A DNA stretch of 64,000 nucleotides from assembly GCA_040954595.2 (NCBI GenBank), contig CM082598.2, positions 5,533,097-5,597,096 on the forward strand, read 5' to 3'. The notes under the pieces are model-generated. The model saw only the letters and a list, made by a program, of their open reading frames with translations, did no database searches and was not told the origin of the DNA. Source of the DNA: Balanoglossus misakiensis. Lineage: Eukaryota; Animalia; Hemichordata. Position numbers and translations under genes: made by a program. Of the stretch, positions 47,934 through 63,007 are shown one piece after another. Numbering within the stretch: the first letter of the stretch is position 1; every line of letters starts with the position of its first letter.

Positions 47934-49555
47934 AAAAACCCACTATTCTCACTTTATATCAAGAGTAAGTTTTCTCTTATTCGTCAACAATTACCTGACC
48001 ATGCTCGCATTTGAGATTGCAATGCACAATTATTGTAAATAACGTTTGCCTTTATTGTTGCTTCGAATCCTGTAATTAAAAGAATATATGCTGAATATTC
48101 GGTAAATTTTGTGTTTGTGCCCTTTATTTGACCATATTTTGTGATCAGATGACTTGCTCGAGGTTGCAGTAAGCCGACAAATTGCTGAATACCCACTCCA
48201 AAGAACAGCGCATACATATTGGCAAACTACACCACGGAGTTAAAGATATACGCCGGTCACCAATGGAAAATTAGCTATAGTTACTGTAGCAAATTGAGAT
48301 CTAGCCAATCACAGATTTTCAGTGGATGGCACATGCAAAAAAAGAGCGCCACCATATGTTCTTTAGAATGCTCAAATACTCCATTACAGCCATATATGGG
48401 CACATGTAAATTGGAGGTGACTGTATACCTTTTACCATGGTAACATAAATTGAGATTTTCATGACAACGTGCAATGATATCAATCACTCTATTGTATTTA
48501 AACTACACAGCTGATGCATACTTTAAATATTTGAACCCAGGAAATTTACGACATTGTCAAAATTATATTCAAAGCACCGTATAAACAACCACAAGTGTCA
48601 AATAATGGCTATATTTGCGTTAATCCTCTCATATTCATAATCCAATCCGTATTTTATGCACCTGCAGAAAGAGTACACAGAGCAGCAGTAAATAATTAAA
48701 GCCCCTATAGCTGCCAAATTTCACATATTTTTTCACAATAAAATACTTCAAATCTATTTCCTATCCTTTAAAACCCTCACCATTAAGCCATATTACTTGC
48801 ATTTGCATCACTTTGTCATCTCTTGGCGACGCATACCACGATAGCTGTGTACTGTTTATATGGAGGCTGATTAAATCGGTGCTGCACTGTTTTAATACAT
48901 AGCGTGTTCAAATTGCAACATGCAGTAACAATCAGGCATCGATAAGATGTTCATGTATACCTATCAGTAAGCTTATTTAGATGGACCAATTTAAGTTGGA
49001 AAATAAAATCATGAAAATAATCGGAAAGTACATTTGGCAGCTCTAGAGGCTTTAAACGGTCAAAACACAGTGTTGATAATAATAACCAGTCTAGAACCAA
49101 ACTATTTCAGAATATCCTTAACCAAACAAATACAATTTCTTCTCACAATTGTTACTTATTCATATCTAGTCTGACAGGAGAATGTTTCATTCTCCACGAG
49201 GCTTTACATAGCCTTCACAGATTTGTGCCATTGCGTCCGGTATAGTTCCTGTTCACAATGCTTTCATTAAATTTTGCACACTGTATACTGCAATTCGATT
49301 TTCTCTCTCGTCTGAATACACAGACCTGAAGTTCTCTGTGTGCTATACACAACACACTCTTATAACCACTCTGCTGACAACATGTGTACTGATGACACTA
49401 AAATGCGAACGTTTTATGAATAGATAAACGAGAGGAATTATGTTGCCATTAGTAACCGCGTAAAACGTGGTAAATGCGGATAATGATGCCACCTAGACCT
49501 TCGGAGTGACTTCAAAATGAGATGCAAAAAAATCTAGGAAAAGTCATTAACGTAA

Positions 49556-49640
49556 TAACAAAAATGTGTGTTTACTGTAAATCACACTTTGTTGTATAAC
49601 AAAAATGTGTGTTTACTGTAAATCACATTTTGTTGTATAA
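49556..49640. repeat. Two-copy 41-bp tandem duplication
   Basis: taacaaaaatgtgtgtttactgtaaatcaca(c/t)tttgttgta x2. Confidence 0.9.
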
Positions 49641-50416
49641 GACAGGGGACATGATAATTTATATTTATCTATTATTCAAATATAGCATTTGGGAAATGAC
49701 AACTTGGATCAGCTTCACTTTAAGGATGTGAACATTAACGTGTGATTCTATGCTGACAGTGAGAAAGAGAAGAATACTCTATATCTGTCCCAACAGACAG
49801 GATGTATTGTCACAAGTATGATTGACACAGTTTTGCTTCTATGTTTCGTGTCTTTGTGGTTTTATTCGTATAGTCGTGCTACGTTTCCGTATTACGGTGG
49901 GGGGATGTCCACAGAAAAGAATACCCCGCGAGACTCAAAGTTGAATCCGACAAAGCTTATATAAAATGCACATACGGTGTTCCGTGTCTATGGAAACGCG
50001 CGGCGTCGACCGACAGCCAATTCTCGTTCGAGATCTCATTTTGTGGTATTACTAGACCCGTCTTGGCAGCATCCTGCAAATGCTTTTGTGCCCTGGTATA
50101 TTGCATAGTATGGTGGGATTTGATGCAAGACCGTGGATTTATCTTTGATTTGAAACCTTTGCTGCAGACGACCAAATCTGGAAATCTTATCATTTAAATA
50201 CAGCTGCATGGTATCTGTCCGTTCCTCAGACAATCTGGAATGTGTCAATTTCTACTCATGATTGATGTTTTATTCGATTCTTTCAATTTCAATTTTATCG
50301 TCGATATTCGCGGAGAATGATTTCTACGATGCTGCTGCTAAATCGGCACGACCTGTTTGGAGAGTAGCTAGGGGGTCTGGTTGAGTAGCGATGTACACTT
50401 CGCCTTTCACTGGAGA

Positions 50417-50486
50417 ATGGCTGCCCTTAGTGGTACAATAATACTTTGTGGGTGCTTTGTTTTAATAATCTGTTATTGGTCAGAAG
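50417..50486 (+). CDS. Putative first coding exon encoding a signal peptide (MAALSGTIILCGCFVLIICYWSE); rest of the gene not identified
   Basis: agaATGG context, hydrophobic core, strong phase-1 donor AAG|gtaagt, TATATAAAA at ~49958 and a CpG-richer leader between them. Confidence 0.45.
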
Positions 50487-53400
50487 GTAAGTTGTTCTTG
50501 AACGAACACTCTTTTTAATTTTCTAATGAAATTATTGTTCTTTTTAGATCCTTACAATGCGTTTCAGTGATTGAACATGATGCTTACTGTGACTTTGTGA
50601 CGGAAAATCATGCAACATGTATCGAAGAAAGTGTAGCAATGAAAATGTTAAACAATTACCAAATTGGGGTCTAAATATGTTATTCGGTCATCCTAAAAGT
50701 CATGTATGTGGTAGCGATCGTTACATTAGGGAATATTTAGAAGCTGTTGATATCAAAGGTAACTCGCCAGGTTTTTATCTGTTGTCTGTTCTGGTGTATC
50801 AGCGAAATGTCACTTTTATCAAAATATCTGCTGACGTCACGGAACATCCTTTAATCGTAAAAGTCAGATGCACAGAAAAGAATGGCAAAGTGAAAAGTCC
50901 ACTAAGAGATTGAATACGCGTTGCTTCACACACTCACCAGTACATATTGTCGCGCAACCAATGGCTTTGCCGTCGTAAAATATTGCATCAATATTTAACG
51001 ATTTTATGGACAAGCTCATGGTGTATTCAGCTCACGGCTTTCTGTGGATGCGCCGTGTCCTCTTCCGGATCCGTGACACATTCTGAAGTGCAAGTTTTTC
51101 TCCACGGTATTCAAATATAAATGACAAGCGATTTAACAACCCGCACAAAAATTAACATGTGTGGCCTTGGTGGAGTTTCTCTTTAGTGCATTCAGCATTC
51201 AGTGTTGCTGTATAGTTTTCGCCGTGTCACATCAACGCTGATTTCACTCACAGCTAATGATTGTATGAAACCCGGCAGACCACCGGAGACTATCCCCACA
51301 ATCCAGCAATTTAACCAATTTCACGCACGACACCATTATCAATCGAATCAGAACAGTAAACCTGTACTTCAGGCAAATTGTGCGAACTCACCCCCACCTT
51401 TCTCGATATCAACATGGAGGCACTCATATGACAAGATGATCTCCTGATTTTGCAGCGTTGCCTCTGAACTGGAAGGGCGACCTTCTTAAATTAATCCCTG
51501 TCGAACATGACAGTAATGACTGCTTGGACATGTGTTTGTCACCGTTACTAACAATGAAACATGACTGTTGAAAAGTTACTATTAAAAATACCATTGATAA
51601 GTATCATGAAAACCAATAATATTCTTCGATAAGTGGGAATAAAATGTCTGTCGTTTAAAAACAATCTTTAGTATGTTTACTTAGGTATGTATTGGACATA
51701 AGGCGTTTATTGAATCATTTTGCGCATACGCATGTTAATATAAGTGTTAATGTGTTTTTTAGTCTTACTGATAAATTCAGTTATGTCGACCAGATAATGA
51801 TGAGAATACAATAAGGACGGGAGCGCTAAAATTTTCACTTCGATCGGTATCTTAACATCGCCTTCCATCGCAAGACAACAGTTATATTCTAAATGCTTAA
51901 TGCCGTAAGGTTCGATTTGCCAACACACGCAGGGAATACGGTTGACACAGGAGGGATTGAATAAGTATACGCAGTGTGTGAGCGGTATTGTACGTCTGTG
52001 AGTTCTTGTATCAAGATGGATGACATGTCGTTTCATGACATCAAACAGACTTTACCGTTTTTGTCGACTTAAATACACCTGACATCAGAGCGGTCACACT
52101 TGTGGTTTGTATTTCGTCTCCAGATTTGCATTTTATTTCAGTAGAATATATTGCAATATATGTATTATATAAGACCCAAGATTTTTCAATTTATTGACAT
52201 TGAATTCATTCTTGATCTTGCTAATTCTATCGCATTATAATTATCAAAATTATGTTTAATTAACTTTGCGAAAATGTTCATACTCTCATGTCTGTCGACC
52301 ACTGACAGTGGCTGGGGTCTCTGATTAATATAAACAAGTTACTTGAGCGCATTCGTCGGAACATCTACAAGAAAAATGTTGTATGCGGAGTTAAAGTGAA
52401 GGGGTCATCGCAAACGCGTTTGTTTGTTGAGAAACATCACAATTTATCCACAAATCCCGGCAATTAGATAATTATAGAATGAACGAAGCAGCCAACTTGA
52501 GCAAAGACTGGTAATGACAGCAACTGAAGATTCTAGTAGGTCATGGCGACTGCAGTGAGGTTTGTGCTTGTATCGAGGACATATTCTCATCAAGGGGGGA
52601 CGGCCCCTTCCCTTTCAAAGAAACACTTCAATATTCAGTGCTACCCCAAAATGTATAATTGACAACATATTTGCAGTTTCTGGAATTCACGTGGAATCTT
52701 AACATGCATTGCCGCGCTGAGATCCCAAGTCTGGCAATGTGCCCCAACGGACATGTACCCTGGCTAATCTCTACTGTTATGATCACCAGGGAATTCAACC
52801 TACAGTTTGCTGCCGGTAATTTATCAAACGCAGGACCGTTTAGCGCAACGAATTCTTTCCTCAAAGGTCGGAGGCCATGACGCATTAATAATGAAACCAA
52901 GATATGACTGAAATCTTTGTTAAAGCACATAAGGTAATGTGCTATCCTCATATTCAGTAACACGCAATACTAAATATTTCAAAAACAAGCCTTGTGCATG
53001 CGCGGCCTGTCATCTGAAATCATCATCAACCTGTGAACGATAGGAACATCTAAAGATCGCGCGAGGTTTCACACCACTAAATAATTTTGATTCATGCACG
53101 GTCACGTTGTGGGATTTAGTCCCTAAGAGATGCAAAGGGAATCTTTAAGGTAGCTTGTGAGGTTCACATGGGTACTTCATTCAAAAGTCGAGAAAAAAAA
53201 CCCCTTTTTATTCAAAATATTCTCCTTTATATATGATCTTAATACATGTATGTCACAACCTGCTTCTTACTTCACTGTGAAAAATTGTGTTAAGAACGGA
53301 GTATATTTCAACTTCACGTCTTAAGGTTAGCTTGTGTGGGATTCCTAACATCATAGTGTAAATAGCAAATATATTGCTCAAAAAATATTTTTACATCAAT

Positions 53401-54763
53401 GGCTATAAGCTTACATAATTTGAAATATCTTTTTATGCATTTTGGTGTCACCAAAATGCACTGTTGTTGAAAAATTTCAAATTTCATCTTTTTTTCACAA
53501 TCACAGATTAAAAGTTTAAAGACCATTTTCTAATTAGTCGGTTTGTTTAAGAAAGTTTAAATTCGGAGACATGGTGTTTGAGAACATATTTCATGTTTTG
53601 TATGATTGTGCAGAAATTTGGTATATGAGGGAAATTACTACAATTTGAAGTTATTGCATACAATACCCTTTTCATATCATATGAACATGCGTGACAAATA
53701 GCACGCGTACACATAGAAGACACTATGACAAATAAATGCAATATCAATTATTTAATAACACATTAATTTTTTATGAATGTTATAGGCATGTGTAATCTTT
53801 ACACATTTTCAGAAGTCATATGTAATGTTTTATGTAAAGAAAGAGAAACTGATGGGCGTTTAGTTAACATTGACACTAACTGCCTTGCGTCGATCATAAG
53901 CTTAATCGGTCAAAAAAACTGTTTCAATGATCATGTCATTCCTTCAATGATCATTCCTTTTAGATCAAAGATTGGTCTGTTTGAAAAACAGGAATATGTT
54001 TGTTATACTGCGCAGAACACCAAAACAACCCAGCGGGCAATATCAACAGGGCTTTATCAACTCCTGCCATGTTATATCACTTTTTTTCTATGTCACATGA
54101 GTGTGTCTCAGCCAATCACGAAAACAACATACATGTAATACGTGAGGTGTAATAATACATGAATACAAAAACGTGTAAAAGTGTATCACTAGCGCACAGC
54201 AACAGAGTTTGAACATGATATGTTTGCATTGAAGAGGCAGATCCGATTAGCATATACACCATAAGCTTTCAATTTAAAGGACATCAGCCTAAAAAGACCA
54301 ATGTACTGAGCCAGGATGTGGACTTTCCACCAGCCATCTATATCGACAATTACCAACTTGGTCAGAATTTGTTACCTCTTCCCAACTCTCCGTGTTGATG
54401 TACAGGGTTTTCATGTTACTTAGAATATTGAAGTCATTATCTTGTTAAATGCACAAAAACAAATGATTGAAATCAATGAGAAAATGAAAGGCAGCAACTG
54501 TGGGGAGAATCTGAAAAGTTTAAACGCCTGGTAAACTCTCGCAATGATTGGGAACAACCACTTATTTTGAAGTAAATATACTTTGGAGAGTTTGTGTGGG
54601 AAGACGAAGAGCAACTGTTAACAAAGATGATCTTTGACGATAGGAATACAATCATCTTGTTCATATAACATTTGACCGTGCACGGCATGATGTAAAACCA
54701 CGCCCTCCAGGCGAAATCCGTGAGATTTCTTTTTTCTCTCCGCCATTTTATTCATTTCAGAAT

Positions 54764-54910
54764 CACAGGGAATTGAGTAATCTTGTTGTTGTTAATCTTG
54801 TTGTTGTTGTCGTTGTTGTTGATGATGATGAAGAAGATAATAAAAAAAAATCAATAGCAAGAAATGACACATTGATTTAAAAATATTTTTTTTTTATTAT
54901 CTTCTTCTTC

Positions 54911-54962
<52 letters not shown>

Positions 54963-55003
54963 ACAACAAGAAGATTAACAACAAGATTACTCAATTCCTT
55001 GTG
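54764..55003. mobile_element. Foldback element with microsatellite-containing TIRs and an 8-bp TSD (hAT- or P-like)
   Basis: cacagggaattgagtaatcttgttg.../...caacaagattactcaattccttgtg flanked by TTCAGAAT at 54756-54763 and 55004-55011. Confidence 0.8.
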
Positions 55004-55535
55004 TTCAGAATATGTACATATCGCGACGAAATCAACAGGTGAGTAAAAGCGAAATTGAAAGTGTGGACGTTTGCCTCAGGCTGTGGAAAGAGAAATAACA
55101 TATCCTGGGTTAATGTCTGGCGGTTAAACTACATGTAAACAAATTACAGAGAAACGCCTGATTATGGCCGCGTGGTTTGAATACAAATGGCTGCAGAGCA
55201 CTGATTTATAGAGAGATGAATTGAACCATCAGTTGTAAAATCGCGGTCGCCCATAAAGGGCAACACATAAAATGACACAGCTATCATTAATGCGGTGTAA
55301 TGGTAATACCATAAGATTAGGACCATATGTTGTGGGCCTCGCACAATTGCCTGTGTACAATAGAAGTTGTGCGTACACAATACGTCCTATGATATTTAAA
55401 AGGTAGTTAAGTGGTGTGGCTGTTTCGATATAAGAAGGCCTTTTTTATCTATCCAGATATGCTACAAAGGTCTCCGAAATGTTGGTCATTTCGTTGGGGA
55501 AGACAATTATTTAATTCCTCATCAACAACATATGC

Positions 55536-55662
55536 CTCTTTGTTATGAACTGAAAGTGTGCTGCCATGAACTTGATTTAAGTGATAAATCTAACAGATTT
55601 ATTGCAACATCAAGTTCATGGCAGAACAATTAGCGTTGACCAACTAAGTTCATAACAAAGAG
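55536..55662. repeat. Imperfect hairpin, probably a MITE remnant
   Basis: ctctttgttatgaact..ctgccatgaacttgat..ataaatct/agatttat..atcaagttcatggcag..agttcataacaaagag. Confidence 0.7.
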
Positions 55663-58600
55663 AAATTTATGTGAACGACCCATGGAAATTCCAGGATTGG
55701 GATCATCAATTATGATGCCATGCGCAATCTACTAAAACTTTTGCTGCTAATCCGTTTGCAATCATAAGCTTATTCATGGTTATGATTTATAGATTATAAC
55801 ATTTTAGTAGATTCTCATCATAGCATGAAGATTTGAAAACATATGATAAAAATTGTGATACGATACTGTCACAATATAATAATGTTCATCGTTTCAAATT
55901 ATTCCGAGGGGTAAAACGTCTTGGAAATACAGTGTTTTGAGACACTTATTTGTAATTTTTGGTAAACAAAAAACTATAATTGAAAAACTGCTTGCTACAT
56001 TGATCTGTACTTGTTCTCGCTATGATGTGTTAAAATTATAATAAAATAGCAATACTTTTTTGTTGACAAAATCATTTTTTTTCTATGAAAAACACCACGT
56101 TGATAGGTTTTAAACATAGTTTGTAGAGTTTTAGTAATATTCGCCTTCTTGTTTACTGAAATTATTGCAAACCAACGGATAAAATTATAAAGTTCTCTTT
56201 AATTAACTTTCAAGATACTGTATGTCGATTATGCATGTTTTGGTTCTGTCCAAATTCCCAACATGCATTGCCACTTACTGGGACAGTATATTCAAATCTT
56301 ACAATAATGACCAGTTCTTAAAACTGCTGCAAACTTAAGTGTAGTATAAAATAATTTTGTAACACAAACAAATGATATGCTGTTTAGTGAATATCCCAGG
56401 AGAGAAAGATGGTTTGGCATTACACAGAGTGGCACCTACAACAGTGAATTAAATACTTAAAAAGTACTCTACCTATAAGGTTTATAAAAGTGAAGCTAAA
56501 ATAAATAATTTAAAATGTAATATTATTAGCTTAAAGATAAAAAGCAAAGATATCGTTGCATTGTGTCTTTAACTTACTGTGTATGTAGTAGCTTAGTGAT
56601 TTATGATATTAGTTTGTACATGTATGAAATAATAAATTATTTTATGTATCCCAGCTGATGTAACTCAATAAAGTAGAATATTCAACATGGTGATATGTAA
56701 TCGAATACGATGAGATGGTATATTTTGACTGGACCAGAATTTACAACTCGGATCTCTGTTGACCCAAAGGTTTGTTATGGACTAGCTCGCTCGTGGTGCA
56801 TAAATTATATTGATAGAAAGTTGTTATGTCAACAGACAAGAACCAGGTACTATTTGGAATAACCTTTAGTGGTTTATGTATCGTAAATTACTTCTTCGCC
56901 ATATGTTGAACATTTAACAAAAACATAGACTTTTATTATTGACAATAGTAAAGAAACCATGTTTATACTAAACAGTAAAACGTTAATCTATTTTAATGTG
57001 TGGATGTATTTTGTAAATTGTAATGTCAGCCGATGGGAAATGCATATTCCAAAATACAAGGTTTTAAAGGCCGATGATCGTCTTATGTGCATGTGCGTAA
57101 TTTCGCGTTTACAAACATTACGTCCACTCCAAATGTTCTGCAAATTTTGTGCTCAACGCATTCAAATAGTAGACTGCCTTAGCTTCCTAGCATATTTCAT
57201 ACGCACCGAGTAATACTAAAGTAGACTTAAGTTTTGTCCCTTCTTTTCACCCAATTTGCTGTCTTTTCCTGATCTCCGACACAGACTATGGTCGCCGCCA
57301 TCTTGTCTATTGTGAGGACAGTACACTGCCTTATGGCATTGACTGTATACAATCTTTGTAACCAGAGTCTCTAGTTTGGCACATACGCATAAGGCTATCG
57401 TCGCACTTCAAGACGTGCAATCATACAACTGACGAGGGTATTGGAAAGATACCCTTCACTCAGATAACGACTCTGTCGATAATAGTTGATTGAATGACAC
57501 TTGCTTCATAAGCTAACTAGCGATGTGTGCACAGCGTGAAGATTAGAAGAGGTACAAAGTATCGCCTAAAGCAGACGGATATGAACACATCGTGTATCAT
57601 TTTGTATGAAATTTACATGATGTCACTGAATATACTAGATATCAAATATTACTATATAGGACATCTAGAAATATTCAGCTATTCCTGTCTTTTTGAAACC
57701 CTTGGCATAGAGACAGGAAATAAAATCCATACCTCAATCACACGAAAAAAATGTTATTAAAAGTATGTTTTCAACCAATCAATTAACAGGAGTCATGACT
57801 AAAATTTCATATCCTTAATATTGTTCACTTCCGCAGGTGCATGATGCACATACTTAATCTCACAATACTTTAGATTGTTGAAATAGGATCATAATGTGAT
57901 ATAATTTGTTTCAACAATTGTCTTCTACCCTGTAGGACGATACAATGTCCGTCGATGTAGTGTGCAGAGGCTAGGTCAGCATTTATTCTATATATGTGGC
58001 TTCTTGCTCACCAATACAGGTTAAATGTCAGAAACATAGGAGGGATATTGCATTTTTCTTGTTTTCTAAGGTGTTTACCACATACACTCATTTACAACAA
58101 AAGGTAAATATAAAGTGTACATCAATATAGATGAACGCGTATTACATTTTCCATCTAAAAGTAAGTTTACTGTTTCAAACTGGAACGTTACTCATAGAAC
58201 ATTGAACAAACAAAGCAATTGTTTCATAGCAAGGTGTACCGTAATCACTCCATCATGTCAACACGAAAAAAAATATGATTTGTGAAAAGACAAACTAATA
58301 GAATAAAAAAACATAACACAAAAATGGCCACTCAAAGTGCTCGAATAATTTTTCAGGGGGCATGTTTGCATGGTATGAACTATATGCACTATCAGCATGT
58401 AGTTTAGGTGATATTCATGATAGAATTGAACTGTTTAAGGTCACACAGAATAAAATCAGTGAGTTCTGAATACCTTGGAAGGTCAAAGTTGCAGATATCT
58501 TCATGAAAAATACGCAATAGCAACACATGCATTTTAATCAGTGGACAAACAATTGAAGGTTATAAAATGATTAATTTTCAAAAGAATAGTGGGTGGTTGA

Positions 58601-59729
58601 ATTAATCGAGCAGTTGAATTAATGGAGTGATTACGGTACAATATTTCGGCCTGAGTGTGCCCCGTGTTAAGATACCATCGACCAGGTGACATCGGTGACA
58701 TGGTTAATATGTTGCAAGTACACACGATGTCCCCCTTAAAGGTTATAACGACATTGTAGATAAGGTCATTGAAAGATAAACCTGTTGGAATCAATGCAAT
58801 AATTACATTTTGGACAATAATCGGACAAATCTACTTTAAATCGATACATTTTCTACAACGCAATTTCAATGATTTAATTTGCTTTGGTTGTAGGGAAGTG
58901 AAATAGATTTGTTTATGGATATGATAAGGTGTTCCTAAGCAACACACAAATTTTGCTATTCGAATAGGGTGAAAATGGAGCATGTAAACCAAAACATGTA
59001 ATCATATTACACTGCAAATGTTGACTATGCAGGATGACATGCATTTAAATAAACTATGCCGCTCACATAAATAACAAATTAATGTTTGATATAAAGCAAC
59101 GCTGCTTGTCTATACAATGTTATCTGTGCAACATGTAAGCTCAAACTAGTCACGTGACGCTATGTTATGTGCGGACGATAGCCGTAATATTCCATTTGAT
59201 CCTGTCCGCCAGAACTTGAACTGAGAGAGTAAGAGACAAAAACTGCTTTCGTTCGACTATCATACAGTCACACTAACACCATTGTTGATTCAAAGTGATC
59301 AAAATAGGGCCACATAGATAGATTGCTGTGTGTACATTTTTACACTATATCGCCACCTGCAGTGCCATTATACCCAACTTAATTTTAAGAAATGAGTTGA
59401 TTTTGTCGTCACAATGACCTGTCTTCATCAAAATCAGTCGGTGGAGTAATGTCCTTGAGGCTTGTGTTCGAGTTATGTTATAAGTACTTAATCGAGCATC
59501 AACTAATAAAATTTAAAGTGATATAGGTATAATTACGTATTCGTGTGCATGTGTGTGTGTAATAGAGGAAAACAGATGGAGAATGGGCAAAAGTTGGAGA
59601 TTAGATAAAAAAGATACGGAGATCGCTCCTTCCCAAACACAGATAGATATAGGTGATAATCATAATCTTTCACCCGAATATGTAGCGTACTTTGAATCGG
59701 CTATCACATGACACAGTGTGAATGCTCTT

Positions 59730-60065
59730 TTAAAGGGACAAAGTCTCTCTCTCTCGCTGCCTTTTTTACATTAATTATGTTTGATACAAGACACCGTTTA
59801 TGTTATTCTACATGTGGATATATAGTGAATCAACGTTCGACCACACACAACTTCCATGCTGTTTGTAGGATATGGGAGTAAAAATCTCGCCAAAATGAAT
59901 AAATGGTAGAGACCGCGATTATTCATTTTGGTGAGTACTATAGAAATTGTATGTGGTCAAACGTTGATTCACTATATATCCACATGTAGAATAACATAAA
60001 CAGTGTCTTGTATCAAACATAACCAATGGAAAAAGGGCAGCGAGAGAGAGACTTTGTCCCTTTAA
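59730..60065. mobile_element. MITE family A copy
   Basis: Complete termini. Confidence 0.85.
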
Positions 60066-63007
60066 CATTCACAAGACTCAGGGTTGTTCTCTTTTGGCAA
60101 CAATTAAAATTTCTTAACCATCATCAGGGAACAGAACATGAACATTGAAAGGAATCATTCAAGTTGTCCATTTCTGATTAGCTATTCTGGATATTCTTGA
60201 ACATCGAAGAAAAATAATTTAACTTGTTACAAATTGACGCTTTTTCGCCCGGTCATTTACATTTTGTTATGCAAGTTATACATGAAAATGATACAAAATA
60301 CATGAACCCGCAGATGATAAACATTCTTTGTACGAAGAAATTTTACCTCACGTGTTTAGATTGAGATACAATTCCTTTAAATGTCGATGCTTAAAGCTTC
60401 TAGAGCTACCAGATGTCACATATTTTTTCCACAATAAGATAATTCAAATATATTCCCTATCCTCTAAAATCTTCTGAATCACCATTAAGCCATATTACTT
60501 GCATTTGCATCAGTTTGTCATCTCTTGGCGACGCATACCACGATAGCTGCATACTGTTTGCATGAGGCTGATTAAATCTGTGTGGTACGCGTTTAATATA
60601 TAGCGTTTTCAAATCGCGACATACAGCCACAATCGGGCATCGATAAGGTGTTCATGTATACCTATCAATAAGCTTATTTAGATGGACCAATCTTAGTTGG
60701 AAAATAAAGTCATGAAGATAATGCAAAAAGTGGCAGCTCTAGAGGCTTTAAAAACAAACATGTCCTCCTGTAACAGAATACACAGAAACATTTGACAATG
60801 TGACATTGTCTTGACTACCCAACAACAGATGACTGACGCTTTCAGACTATAGGCCTAAGCAGAATAAAGTGCATTGTACGCCACCCTTTTCAACCACCGA
60901 CAATTTCTGCAATTCCCGAAATTCTAAAAATCAAACATTCACAATTCCTCGTATGCCTGAAGTTATATTTCAGTATTTGATGTCTTTTTCATGTAACAAG
61001 ATCCCTTCCCCTTGGGTTTTTTTAAAAATTGGAACGACACATAGCAACATTTTTTCTTCAGATTCAACGCCAGTGTGTAATGACACAAGCCATATATCAG
61101 TCTTGAATACATCCTGTCGCTATGGTTACAACGTTCGTGCAAAATCTTGTAACCAAGCCATTTATAGAAAAAGTGATAACGTCGTAACATTTTCCATTTC
61201 TGGGTATATTTACACTTACAAAGGTAATTATTTGCAAGCAAAGTTCACACTTTACCATCTTATTATGCCCGTGATGACATTTTTCCTAATTATTTATGTG
61301 CTTTCAAAGAGAGACAGTAATTGGGATGTTCGCGTGAATTTGTAAAAGTACGGAAAATGTATGGATGTTTATAATCTGTAAGAGTACCAAGTTGAATCCA
61401 AAAGCTGTATTTAACCCTTTCACCCCAGTTCCCTGTACTTTAATAACTAAGTATTTTAAATATGTTAAGTGTCTCTATATTAATTCCTCCACTAAATTCA
61501 GAAAACTGAGAAACCTATTAGTAAAATTACAGTCTATTACCATTGAGACGGTGCGTCTCATTTAAAGCTTAGTTTGTGACCTTGACAATAGCAATTTGCA
61601 ATGGATGCCTTGATTTTCTCTCAACTCAAGCTGACAGAAGATAGTTGCAGTCAAGGAGTTTATTTTGTTCACACCATGCGAGTCCAGTGTTGAACGTTAT
61701 CAATCGTGGTCACATCAATTTAACAATTCAATTTGATCCTACGTGTGCTGCCTGTTAACAAGCAAAGGATGGCATTACATGTACTTGTAAGTGCGTTGGT
61801 GAAAGTGACATACAACATAACGAATGCCAAGATCAGAAAAGTCAAGGTCAACTTTTAAACCCTATGCCTGTGATCTTTATACGGATATCAATTAGTACCT
61901 GTTACTAACTCGAGTGATGATAGGAAGTGACGAGAATATATAATTGTTAGTATCAGTATTTAAAACCTTGCTTGAATCTCTCGTCAATAATATATAACCA
62001 GGCAGCTAGAACATTATGCTAGGTGGAAGCGGATAAAGATCTGCAATAATGAATAGAAATGATGAATTGTGAGGGAAGTGTCAAAGATAATGAATATGTG
62101 CCTGTTTCATACAATATTGCCATTTATGATGCAAGCTCACCAGTAACCATTTTCGGATGAACGCACAGAACATAAACTGATAAACAGTGCACGCGTCTTT
62201 TTCCCATAGGATTAAATTGATAAAATTGCTAGAAAACAAACTTCTACTATTGTCATTTTCACGCAATTTTACACATAGCTCAGTCCAGTAAACATAAATT
62301 CATTAGTCAAATTAAATCGTGTGGTCACCGAGCTCTGTTTTGAGATAAACTTTGGTAAATATTTTGCCCATAGACAAACCATTGGTGAAAAGTGCTGAGT
62401 CAGCAGTTTTCTTCTTTTATTGACTAAATTCATGGTTCTGTAGTTCAAAAACCAAGTGTGGTGACCCCTATATTTTATTACGGATTTTCATTGTACATAC
62501 ACAGGAAAATAAAAAAAATCAATAATTAAAAAATGACAATACTCCCAATTTTGACAAACATATATCCTTGATTACCCATGATTTCGTTTATTATTACTCT
62601 ATCAGATGCTAATTGAAAAAAATTAACGAAGGATTATACAAATGCAGGTATTTGCTCACTGATAGTTCTCAAGCACGAAAGAACATTCACCTTATTTTGA
62701 CATTCAATTTTATCAAAATGCACATCAATTGGACAGGTAGGTTTTTAAAATGGCGTCGTTATTCTTCCTGCAGCGTAGACGTCAACAAGACAATGCACAG
62801 ATGTAATTTATTGTTTTCCCATTTAGGAGATTTACTGATAGAGCCCGGGCCTGGATTTGTGTAGCACAGATGTGGGCTTTGAGATAGTCACTTTTGCATA
62901 TGAATAAATCATCTTAAGCGAAGTTGTTGCAAATAATTGCATATGAAGCTCACACAAGTTATTTCCGATTGGACAGTAAACAATGGGATTCCAAAGGAGT
63001 TTTGCAG

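Noticed and set aside
47733-48042. HTYI-repeat ORFs
   Set aside because: Translation of the (CATA)n microsatellite
51202-51447. ORF in phase with the 50417 signal-peptide exon
   Set aside because: Weak acceptor without a polypyrimidine tract and no recognisable protein features
60869-61345. 158-aa ORF
   Set aside because: Non-ATG start, no recognisable motif or splice support
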